DNA of 64,000 nt, taken from the sequence record PQ471516.1. One strand, 5' to 3'. The translations under genes were made by a program, and so were the position numbers. Below the pieces are notes generated by a model that was given only the letters and a program-made list of their open reading frames with translations, was not told the DNA's origin and did not search any database. Positions 46,766 through 54,924 of this stretch are shown in pieces. Positions within the stretch are counted from its first letter, which is position 1. Every line of letters begins with the position of its first letter.

Positions 46766-47288
46766 GTGAAAATGACAATGGGCGGTGTAAGCCGGATAAC
46801 GAGAACCTAATTCTCTTGAAAATGTAAAGGATAGATGAGCTTTACCATTGTAGCGAAGTGCAGAAGAAACCCGTTAGAGTACTAGCAGCCATTCAAACAA
46901 GGCATAAGAACTACGAATCACGGCAATGCGGCACTATAAAGAACTCCGACAGCATAACAGAGAGTTCCTAGATAGACATATAAGGATCGCACCTTACCAG
47001 ATTTGCTAAGGGAGTTTAACTCAATAAATGCGGTCGCAATTTTTCACAAGAAAGTTGCGTCCAAATTTTGAGTAAACAAGTACTACTTTGGTCGAATAGA
47101 GTTAGTACTTTGTGCTGGGGATGAAAAGACCAGTGACCGTTGCATATGACTGCGATAGAGAGAAACAGAGCAACCCGCTTTCGTTCTCTTAAATTAGACG
47201 AGAAAGATCCGTCTAAAATTTGAGAAATTCGCAATTCGACAATTCCGATGCCATCAGCGTCAAGAAGAGACTTAATTGTCTCTTTTTT
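46766..47288 (+). ncRNA. candidate large structured non-coding RNA (~520 nt), family unassigned
   Basis: No + strand ORF of 60 aa or more; promoter upstream and terminator downstream; about 12 hand-identified helices including a multi-way junction and a GUAA tetraloop. Confidence 0.6.
47265..47288 (+). terminator. Rho-independent terminator
   Basis: AAGAGAC-TTAATT-GTCTCTT TTTT. Confidence 0.8.
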
Positions 47289-47293
47289 ATTAC

Positions 47294-47429
47294 TTTCATT
47301 CCCCTGCGGGGGGATGAAATGTCCTCAACAAATCCCGTCAAGCTTTTAAAGTACAATATAAAGGAATGAATGAGTTTACGAAGTAAACGATATGAATTCT
47401 TGAGTTACGAAGGAACGAAGTGAATGAGT
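47294..47429. repeat. GC-rich hairpin followed by short direct repeats
   Basis: 11 bp stem 47294-47319; GAGT(T)TACGAAG at 47372 and 47402; GAATGAGT at 47368 and 47422. Confidence 0.5.
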
Positions 47430-47852
47430 AACACAGCGAATATTTCAAATAAATCTGAATTCACACAAGAGTTGTTTAATGTGTTTTTCAAATATCAAAT
47501 ATTAGAAGAGAGTCAATGCTTTCAGCTTTATTACAAACAAGTCGGTAGTACATACAACAACTACAAAGAACCTAATTTTTATAAAGAAATTTTGGATTTT
47601 GCAGTTAATATAAGAAATAACAGACCAATAGCAATACTGTTTTTTGACAGATCTATTCCAGTAGAAGTACCTAATCACATTTACTTCATTGAACCAGAAG
47701 ATTTATCTTCAAAGAATCAATTAGATTACTTAAGGAATTGTATACTGATAGTATGTGATGAAGTGAAGTATAACCGTCAGTTGAGATGGGATATACGTCA
47801 TCAAAGAGTACTCACGGACATGAATCCCGAATTAGCCTTTATAATTAACTAA
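47424..47852 (+). CDS. hypothetical protein
   Basis: 142 aa ORF. Confidence 0.5.
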   Translation: MSNTANISNKSEFTQELFNVFFKYQILEESQCFQLYYKQVGSTYNNYKEPNFYKEILDFAVNIRNNRPIAILFFDRSIPVEVPNHIYFIEPEDLSSKNQLDYLRNCILIVCDEVKYNRQLRWDIRHQRVLTDMNPELAFIIN

Positions 47853-47883
47853 ATATCATAGAAGAACTCTAAGGAGAGATTTT

Positions 47884-48324
47884 ATGGAAAATATTGAAAA
47901 TTTACGACATGTAATGGACTTCATTGGAAGTACTGAAGAAGATAGTGCATACGATGAAGTACTACTTACTTTTATTGAAAATAGTTTGTTTCTATCTAGT
48001 TTAGCTCATAGTTGGCATTTACAATGTCATTTCTATACTAAGCACTTACAGTTAGATGAACTATACAAAGACTTACCAGAGTACGTTGATGCATTCGTAG
48101 AAGGTATTATGAATAATCGCGGTGCTTTGCAGGTTGGTACTGGACATAGTTACAAATTCACCCCAGTGGAAGAATGTGTTCCTATTCTTGAAGAATATGT
48201 TGAGCAATGCAAAGCAATTCATGCTATGCTTACTGAAGCTGAAGACTATGGCAGTACTAACACACTAGAAGATATTATGAGTTTTGTTGAAGGAATGCTT
48301 TACAAACTCAAAGTTTTACAATAA
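47884..48324 (+). CDS. ferritin/Dps-like four-helix-bundle protein
   Basis: AHSWHLQ..FY.KHLQLDELY..L.E..D.F.E pattern; SD AAGGAG; TAAATA at 47850. Confidence 0.7.
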   Translation: MENIENLRHVMDFIGSTEEDSAYDEVLLTFIENSLFLSSLAHSWHLQCHFYTKHLQLDELYKDLPEYVDAFVEGIMNNRGALQVGTGHSYKFTPVEECVPILEEYVEQCKAIHAMLTEAEDYGSTNTLEDIMSFVEGMLYKLKVLQ

Positions 48325-48331
48325 AATATAC

Positions 48332-48360
48332 GGAGAGTCCATAACGGATTCTCCTTTCTT
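48332..48360 (+). terminator. Rho-independent terminator
   Basis: GGAGAGTCC-ATAAC-GGATTCTCC then T-rich. Confidence 0.7.
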
Positions 48361-48373
48361 TTGGAGAAAATTA

Positions 48374-48727
48374 ATGAGTGAATACCGAGTAACAACTGGC
48401 CTAATGGCACGTTTAGTAGAAGCTGTACCTGAAGATGATTATGAATCTGTTTCTGACCGTCTATTCGAAGCTGACTCTGGCCTTCATATTACATATGATG
48501 GTTCATTAATTTTCAGTACTGATGTTGATGTTCCTGCATATGAATTTGATATTTCAATTGGTACTAAACTAAGCAAAACTGCATTTATTGAAAAGTGCTT
48601 ACGTGAAGGTTTTTGTGTTGATGAAAATTCAATTGAACCATATGTATCAGTATGGTGTGATAATGCTGATAGTCCAATGTCAACTACAACAATTGGTGAT
48701 TTTCTAAATGCAAATCAAAAAGATTAA
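48374..48727 (+). CDS. hypothetical protein
   Basis: SD GGAG before ATG 48374. Confidence 0.6.
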   Translation: MSEYRVTTGLMARLVEAVPEDDYESVSDRLFEADSGLHITYDGSLIFSTDVDVPAYEFDISIGTKLSKTAFIEKCLREGFCVDENSIEPYVSVWCDNADSPMSTTTIGDFLNANQKD

Positions 48728-49100
48728 ATTCCATCAGCATTCTTCCTATCATGATTGTGATGACTGTGGGATGATGATAAGTGATATTTACACTGTTTCA
48801 TGTAAAGGATTCAAATTCACTCACGGTGAACCTGCATACTGTTATGGCACAGAAGAAGGTGATATCGAAGTAGTACTAAAAGAGTTGTTTCAGTACTTGC
48901 AAAGTGCAGGTCACAATGTTACAATGCCCACATATTATGAAGATGATTATGAATCACATGTAGAAGAAAATACATATTATAATCAATTCGTACATGGTAA
49001 TGGTTTTATTACATACCTTCATGAGAATGGTATTGAGGTAAAAACCAAGTACACCAGTGATGACTACGATAGTGATGATTCTATGGAGATTGAAGAATGA
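48708..49100 (+). CDS. hypothetical acidic protein with CxxC
   Basis: YHDCDDCG. Confidence 0.6.
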   Translation: MQIKKIKFHQHSSYHDCDDCGMMISDIYTVSCKGFKFTHGEPAYCYGTEEGDIEVVLKELFQYLQSAGHNVTMPTYYEDDYESHVEENTYYNQFVHGNGFITYLHENGIEVKTKYTSDDYDSDDSMEIEE

Positions 49101-49666
49101 AGGCAAAAGATTTAGCAGCGTTGCTGATGCAGAATCCTGAAATGGAAGTGTATCATGAAAATTGGCACAGTGATGATATGTGCGAGGTATATTATTCCCC
49201 AGAAACAATTGATGGGATTGAAATTACTCCCAGTGGTGTATTCATCAAGACTGCAAGTGTTGATTTCAATGACAGTCGTGAAATTAAACTCCCGTGTGAT
49301 AAACCAATCATTGGAACAATTGACCTAGTATTCCACCAGGAACGTCAGATTGATACTGAAAATGAAGATGGTGAACCTGTAGTTGATGTTGCCAATGTCG
49401 TTTTCCCTTTTTACGATTCTGATTCACAACCAATACACGGTAATGATTTCTTCCGTGAACTTTTGGAAGATGGTGAGGTATATGGTCGTGATGGGAATGT
49501 ATTTGCACTTGATGAGAACTACGAACCAGACCACAACACATGGCAGTTCTACACACCAGCAGATGTTTTGGAAGTAAAAGTACTAACATCATTTGACGAA
49601 CAGTGGAATGTACAGTATACTTCAATGAAGTTTGAAGAAGCTAAAAAATACTTTGAAACCAAATAA
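49097..49666 (+). CDS. hypothetical acidic protein
   Basis: N-terminus paralogous to 25573 ORF. Confidence 0.65.
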   Translation: MKAKDLAALLMQNPEMEVYHENWHSDDMCEVYYSPETIDGIEITPSGVFIKTASVDFNDSREIKLPCDKPIIGTIDLVFHQERQIDTENEDGEPVVDVANVVFPFYDSDSQPIHGNDFFRELLEDGEVYGRDGNVFALDENYEPDHNTWQFYTPADVLEVKVLTSFDEQWNVQYTSMKFEEAKKYFETK

Positions 49667-49691
49667 GATTATCAAATAAGGATCTAATAAT

Positions 49692-49976
49692 ATGAAAATT
49701 GTTGCAAGTGCGTGGATGGGATTTGAGGATAAAACAACTGGTTACGAATCTAGCCTAATCGTTGAAAGTACTGAAGAATTAAAACGATTCAAAGCTGAAA
49801 CCGATGATGATGTATTTGATATTGTATACACTTATCATCTTATCCCTAACGATACCGACTATGACAAATATTATTATGATCCAGACAGCCTCATGGAGCT
49901 AGTGTCTTGTACTGAAAATGAAGTAAATGAGACAACGGCACTACTAATGTTGAGTACTGTCCCAGCAAAGGGGTAG
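49692..49976 (+). CDS. hypothetical protein
   Basis: SD AAGGA. Confidence 0.6.
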   Translation: MKIVASAWMGFEDKTTGYESSLIVESTEELKRFKAETDDDVFDIVYTYHLIPNDTDYDKYYYDPDSLMELVSCTENEVNETTALLMLSTVPAKG

Positions 49977-49979
49977 TTT

Positions 49980-50465
49980 ATGTATACACTTATTTTCTTA
50001 CGTGAACCAGACGGTGACAGTACTGATGGTGTTGTTGAATTTCATGGTGCTGACTCCATTGTTGCAGTAGAACGACTTATCAAAGCTGTTGTTCGTAGGC
50101 AGGTTCTTCTTGAACGTACTAACAAAGGAAAATACACTTATGGTGAATGTGGCTTTGTACTGCTGAAAAATGGCGAATTAGTTGATGAATACAATAGTTC
50201 TTTTTCAAACATGTATTCTGATTTTGAATGTATTTCTCAATCTAAAGAAAAATACAGCATAAACAAAGTTGTGCAACAAATTTCCAGACTTCTATCAAGA
50301 CAAACAAGTTTTATCAATGACCAGAAAACTGATGAGCGATTCGTATCAAATTCATTAAAACCTTTGTATGAACGTGTGGAAAAAGAAAATACGGAGCGTA
50401 AACGACTAAAAGAATTGATGAAAAAGTATCCTGACGTGGTGAAAGAATATGGCAAAGAGATCTAA
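49980..50465 (+). CDS. hypothetical protein
   Basis: ORF in operon. Confidence 0.6.
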   Translation: MYTLIFLREPDGDSTDGVVEFHGADSIVAVERLIKAVVRRQVLLERTNKGKYTYGECGFVLLKNGELVDEYNSSFSNMYSDFECISQSKEKYSINKVVQQISRLLSRQTSFINDQKTDERFVSNSLKPLYERVEKENTERKRLKELMKKYPDVVKEYGKEI

Positions 50466-50769
50466 TTTATCATATGAAGCATGTGAAACATACATGACCA
50501 AAGATGGAAAGGAACATCGAGGGGTTAAGCCAGAGTACGTAGTGCTACGTGAAGTTCTGTTGAATGAAAGTTACGGCAGTAATCGCCGTAACAAGATCTT
50601 AGATTTACTAAGAAGCGGAATTGAAATTGCAGTAAATCGCAAGTACTCTGTCCAGACTAAAGATGATCCAGATATCAAGAAATTGATTAAGGACGGTAAA
50701 ATTGAAATGTTCAATGTAGCTACTGGTCCGAAATCAAAATGCACATACTTAAGGATTAAGAATGGGTAA
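50449..50769 (+). CDS. hypothetical basic protein
   Basis: ORF in operon. Confidence 0.6.
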   Translation: MAKRSNLSYEACETYMTKDGKEHRGVKPEYVVLREVLLNESYGSNRRNKILDLLRSGIEIAVNRKYSVQTKDDPDIKKLIKDGKIEMFNVATGPKSKCTYLRIKNG

Positions 50770-51343
50770 ACTAATATATTACTATGGGAGTATGAGTTCA
50801 GGTAAAAGTACTAACTTATTACAAACAGCCTACAACCATAAAAAGAATGGAATGGAAGTGGTGTATCTCACCAGTGCGTTAGATGACCGATACGGGGTTG
50901 GTACGATTAAATCCAGAATTGGCATCGAAGCCCAGGCCGAGATTATCCCAAAAGATGACAGTACTTTATTATTGGACATTAAGAAACGTCTTGAGCAGAA
51001 CTTAGATATTAACAGTATCTATGTTGATGAATGCCAGTTCCTGAATAAAGAACAAGTTGATATTCTTTCTGAAATTGCAGATGAATACAATGTTGACGTT
51101 TACTGTTATGGTATTCGTACTGATTTCGAAACAAATCTTTTTGATGGTTCACGACGTTTGTTCGAAATTGCAGATGAAATCCATCAGTTACATAATGTAT
51201 GTGAAAACCAAAAATGTGGTCACCCAGCAACAATGAACGTCCGCATAGCAAACAGTACTGATAAAGTTTTCATCGGTGGTGATGAATCATATAAAAGTAT
51301 GTGCAGAAAATGCTATAAAGAATACATGAGGAAAAAGAAATGA
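50762..51343 (+). CDS. tk: thymidine kinase
   Basis: YGSMSSGKST, D.RYG.G.I.SRIG, VDECQF, YG.RTDF...LF.GS, zinc site CEN..C ... CRKC. Confidence 0.95.
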   Translation: MGKLIYYYGSMSSGKSTNLLQTAYNHKKNGMEVVYLTSALDDRYGVGTIKSRIGIEAQAEIIPKDDSTLLLDIKKRLEQNLDINSIYVDECQFLNKEQVDILSEIADEYNVDVYCYGIRTDFETNLFDGSRRLFEIADEIHQLHNVCENQKCGHPATMNVRIANSTDKVFIGGDESYKSMCRKCYKEYMRKKK

Positions 51344-51564
51344 TTGATAACTTTCTAAAATCTATTACTCAAAGAGTATTTGGTGCTTTACTGGATAGTA
51401 TCAAATTAGTATTCAGTACTGTCTATATGCTTATTATTGTATGTCTATTTTCTTTAGTACTGCATTTTGTACCAACATGGCTAGTTATTACTGCTATTAT
51501 TGTATTCCTGGCATTTGGTGTTTATGGAACATACCTGGCAGAACTTGAAGATTCAGACGTGTAA
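51340..51564 (+). CDS. small membrane protein
   Basis: Two hydrophobic helices. Confidence 0.55.
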   Translation: MIDNFLKSITQRVFGALLDSIKLVFSTVYMLIIVCLFSLVLHFVPTWLVITAIIVFLAFGVYGTYLAELEDSDV

Positions 51565-51570
51565 CACATT

Positions 51571-51594
51571 AGACCCTTTATGGGTCTATTTTTT
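51571..51594 (+). terminator. Rho-independent terminator
   Basis: AGACCC-TTTAT-GGGTCT then T run. Confidence 0.75.
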
Positions 51595-51605
51595 AAGGAA
51601 AATAC

Positions 51606-52085
51606 ATGGAACCTATCTTTGGTGCATTGAAGCGTTTTGTAGATATTATATCTCATACTAACGTTCTCTATAATGACAATGACAGTACTGTAAAAATGAT
51701 GGAAGTACTGGGATACACAGACGTACAAAGTGTGTATTATGACGGTATCATGGTCAGAGGTATCGAAGGAGATTGTCGATTATCTTACATGGGTATGATT
51801 GACACCTTTGTTGTACAGAAAGGAAAGATTGAAATTGTCCTTGAAGTACGTTATACAGGTTCATCAAACACAATATATTACGATTGTACCCGTACTGATT
51901 GTGCATATGAAACAGACTTTGACCAGCAAACGACTATGCAATCCAGACCAATCGATTACCCTGATGATTCTTTTGTGCAAATTCATAAGGATTTATTTGA
52001 TTTATGTGCTACAATGTCAGAGAGTGAAGACGTATATTACTTCCCAATCATCACAGTAAGAGAGAATGGTAATGCGATGGCGTAA
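51606..52085 (+). CDS. hypothetical protein
   Basis: SD AAGGA. Confidence 0.6.
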   Translation: MEPIFGALKRFVDIISHTNVLYNDNDSTVKMMEVLGYTDVQSVYYDGIMVRGIEGDCRLSYMGMIDTFVVQKGKIEIVLEVRYTGSSNTIYYDCTRTDCAYETDFDQQTTMQSRPIDYPDDSFVQIHKDLFDLCATMSESEDVYYFPIITVRENGNAMA

Positions 52086-52470
52086 ACATAAAGTGAAACA
52101 GCTTGAAAAAATTGTCAAGAAGTTTTATAGCAAAAAAAGTGATCCAATGATGGTTATGCTTCGTGATAGTGTAGGGGTACGAAAGTATCCTGAATGCTTA
52201 ACCAACTCTATTGGTCGCATGAACAATCGATACTACGTTAATGATTATGCAAGTGCTGAAACCTCTTTTTTCGGAAATCGTGTATCTGTACCATCATACG
52301 TTCATTCAAGAGTGAAGCGAAGCCGTGTTCAAGGTGTTCTGCATGGTTATTTGCTGATTACGATGGAAGAATTAAACAAAGAGTTAGGTTCTAACTACAC
52401 CCAAGGTTGTTTGGACAATATCAAATTCATAAAAGATTTGGACGAAGAGTTAGATGATGATACAATGTAA
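52066..52470 (+). CDS. hypothetical protein
   Basis: ORF in operon. Confidence 0.55.
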   Translation: MVMRWRKHKVKQLEKIVKKFYSKKSDPMMVMLRDSVGVRKYPECLTNSIGRMNNRYYVNDYASAETSFFGNRVSVPSYVHSRVKRSRVQGVLHGYLLITMEELNKELGSNYTQGCLDNIKFIKDLDEELDDDTM

Positions 52471-52500
52471 ATTGTACAACTGGAAAAAGGAAAATGAATA

Positions 52501-52632
52501 ATGAACGGATTAAAGAAGTTTGGAACTGACGTTCTTAAGTGCATTCGATACACTTATGACGCTAATCCAGAAATGACTGCAATTGTGGGTGTTTTCATTG
52601 CATTCGTTGTTTTATCTTGTATTATGGTGTAA
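52501..52632 (+). CDS. 43 aa membrane peptide (absent from supplied ORF track)
   Basis: MNGLKKFG...TAIVGVFIAFVVLSCIMV. Confidence 0.4.
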   Translation: MNGLKKFGTDVLKCIRYTYDANPEMTAIVGVFIAFVVLSCIMV

Positions 52633-52635
52633 AAT

Positions 52636-53046
52636 ATGATTGAAATGGAAGGTACTCTGGTGTATGATCCAGACCGTGGTACAATGAAAAAGAAGAAAGA
52701 CTTTTGGTTAGTACTACAGCTTCCAATGCAACTTGTAAAGTACTATCAGTACTTCATCAGGACTGACTTACATATTGACGTTAAAGACCCACAATGGGGA
52801 GCACATGTCAGTATTGTTAGGGGAGAAGACCCTCCTAATAAGCAGTACTGGAAGAAGTACGATGGACAAAAAGTTAGAATCAAATTTAACCCTGATGTAA
52901 TGGAAGTGAAAGACAAAAAACAAGCCGGTTCTTTCTTTATCATTGAGTTCGATGATGATTTCATCACTCATATCAGGGAAGAACTGGGGTTACCGTCAAA
53001 GTATTTTCGTTATCATATCACTGTTGGTAGAACGTACTATGATTAA
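52636..53046 (+). CDS. 2H phosphoesterase-family protein (Acb1-like fold)
   Basis: Two HxS/T motifs: AHVSIV and YHITVG. Confidence 0.7.
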   Translation: MIEMEGTLVYDPDRGTMKKKKDFWLVLQLPMQLVKYYQYFIRTDLHIDVKDPQWGAHVSIVRGEDPPNKQYWKKYDGQKVRIKFNPDVMEVKDKKQAGSFFIIEFDDDFITHIREELGLPSKYFRYHITVGRTYYD

Positions 53047-53053
53047 ATAACGT

Positions 53054-53081
53054 TTGTAATACTAAAAAAGTATGCTATAAT
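53054..53081 (+). promoter_or_regulatory. sigma70-type promoter
   Basis: TTGTAA-N16-TATAAT with extended TG. Confidence 0.6.
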
Positions 53082-53193
53082 ACTCACATGTTCTGAAAAG
53101 TGTGAGTACTGTAGAAAGTCCAGTGAGGCTTTTGCATAATGGCCTCTATGCCATCTTTGTAAATGCTCACTAAACATTCACTAAGGAGGCGTT

Positions 53194-54120
53194 TTGAAAA
53201 TAGCGAATAAAGCACTTATAACTAAGATCTCAGTAGGGGTTCTAGTTTCATCTGCAATCTTCGCTGCTATTGGATTTTATGGTTTTTCTCACAATGATCA
53301 TGCATCATCATTAGACGAAAGTCAGGTGCATAAATTAAAACCACAAGTTACGCAAATTCAAAAGCAGGAACCACCGAAGGTAGTTGATCCTAAAGTAGTT
53401 CCGAGCAGCGAGAAGCATTATACGGTTGAACCAGGTGATAGTTATTTCTCTATTGCTAAAAAGTTTAAACCTAAAAATGTTAATATTGACGATTATGTTA
53501 TTGTACTTCAAAACATCAATCTCAATAAAAAACTTCATACTTCTCAAGGTATCCTCATACCTACCAATGAGGATTTGAAATACGTATTGTTACCAGATGT
53601 GTCGGTTTATTTTGATTATAAAGATCCTGAAATAATCGCACACATAAAAGAAGCTGAAGGCTCAATTGAGTTTCAGTCAAAGAACAAACGCCGTTTACTT
53701 GGTGGGAAAGTCGGAGTTCCTTTCCACAATTCTAAATTCTATCCTTACAAGGATATGAAAGGTAATTATACGATAGCGTATGGTCATTACTTAGGTCGTA
53801 AAGATTCTGATGCGTTTAAATACCGTAATGGTATTACCAAGAGTCAAGCCCATACCCTATTATTGCAGGACATGAAGAGAACCAATGATGATTTGGTCAT
53901 GTTGATGCAAAAGAAGAATGCTGTAAATTTAACAAAAGAACAGCAACGTATTCTGTTTGAGATGGCTTTTACAATGGGGATTGATAAACTTTCATCATTT
54001 GACAAACTTTGGAAAAGTGTTAAAATGGAGAACGATAAAAAGTTCAAGAAAGAAATCAAAAATTCATTGTGGTATCGCCAAGTTTCAAACAGAGCGGACA
54101 TTTTGTTAAGCTCACTCTAA
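53194..54120 (+). CDS. membrane-anchored LysM + T4-lysozyme-like muramidase
   Basis: TTG start with SD AAGGAGG; N-terminal TM; LysM YTVEPGDSYFSIAKKF; E-x-G ... YKD..G.YTIAYGH and C-terminal EMAF.MG...L..F...S.WY.QV..RA. Confidence 0.8.
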   Translation: MKIANKALITKISVGVLVSSAIFAAIGFYGFSHNDHASSLDESQVHKLKPQVTQIQKQEPPKVVDPKVVPSSEKHYTVEPGDSYFSIAKKFKPKNVNIDDYVIVLQNINLNKKLHTSQGILIPTNEDLKYVLLPDVSVYFDYKDPEIIAHIKEAEGSIEFQSKNKRRLLGGKVGVPFHNSKFYPYKDMKGNYTIAYGHYLGRKDSDAFKYRNGITKSQAHTLLLQDMKRTNDDLVMLMQKKNAVNLTKEQQRILFEMAFTMGIDKLSSFDKLWKSVKMENDKKFKKEIKNSLWYRQVSNRADILLSSL

Positions 54121-54136
54121 AAAAGGAAGGTGAAGT

Positions 54137-54463
54137 ATGCTAAATTTCGTTATCCAAGGTAATGTAGATGTTACTCCAGCAATTCATGACGCAATCCGCG
54201 ATGAAGCAACAGTACTAAGTAAATTTAGTGATGCTTCAGTACTGAATCTTGGTGTTCATCTGAAGAAAGAGCATAAAACACAGTACACTGTAACACTAAC
54301 TTCTAATGGTAAGTCTGTTACTGCAAATGCAGCAGATTTATACAAAGCAATTAGTGATTCATTTGAAAAAATGGAAGTTGTACTTGGTAAAGACAAAAGC
54401 ATTAAACTGCATCGTCGTAACCACCCAACACGTCCTCTGGACTTGACAGAAGACGAAGAGTAA
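54137..54463 (+). CDS. hpf: ribosome hibernation promoting factor (HPF/RaiA)-like
   Basis: F.I.G.VDVTPAI...I.....L.KF ... A...DLY.AI...F.KME..L.K.K pattern. Confidence 0.75.
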   Translation: MLNFVIQGNVDVTPAIHDAIRDEATVLSKFSDASVLNLGVHLKKEHKTQYTVTLTSNGKSVTANAADLYKAISDSFEKMEVVLGKDKSIKLHRRNHPTRPLDLTEDEE

Positions 54464-54471
54464 TTTATAAT

Positions 54472-54505
54472 AAAGGGACAGTATATTTCTGTCCCTTTTC
54501 TTTTT
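54472..54505 (+). terminator. Rho-independent terminator
   Basis: AAAGGGACAG / CTGTCCCTTT then T-rich. Confidence 0.8.
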
Positions 54506-54519
54506 GGAGTTTTTTTAAT

Positions 54520-54912
54520 ATGCATAGTGTATGGCTGGAAATAATCAAGACTCTTATATCAGTACATGACAAGGACTTACCCGATAATCTAGTCATTAAC
54601 CGATGGTACTATCCAGACCAATTTGACAGAAAGGTTGGATGCATCTTTTATCACGACGATTACGGTAAATTTTGTGGATTAATTGAAGATATCAAATCCA
54701 ATGTATCTTTCTCTATCGAAATGAACGTAGATCACATAAAATACTACAACAGTAAAATGGATGAAGAACATGATGATGTTATAATCCCTATGGATATCGA
54801 TGAAGCTGAGTTTTTTCAGTTATCAACAATTTATAATTTATCTGACATTACTTATGATAATGTTAAAGACCTTATTAAATTGTATGATAAAATGTATAAT
54901 TACTTTTTGTGA
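54520..54912 (+). CDS. hypothetical protein (FFQ-motif family)
   Basis: IDEAEFFQLSTIYNL. Confidence 0.6.
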   Translation: MHSVWLEIIKTLISVHDKDLPDNLVINRWYYPDQFDRKVGCIFYHDDYGKFCGLIEDIKSNVSFSIEMNVDHIKYYNSKMDEEHDDVIIPMDIDEAEFFQLSTIYNLSDITYDNVKDLIKLYDKMYNYFL

Positions 54913-54924
54913 TTGAGGTAGAAG

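Noticed and set aside
47016-47234. 72 aa minus-strand ORF inside the ncRNA candidate
   Set aside because: TTG start with no SD, against local gene orientation, no motif
46766-47288. RNase P, tmRNA or tRNA identity for the non-coding unit
   Set aside because: Minus strand has CCGGCTTA resembling the RNase P 3' P4 strand, but no GAGGAAAGTCC partner; no GGGG...TTCGA tmRNA ends, TTCGA T-arm cloverleaf or CCA end; promoter and terminator point to the + strand
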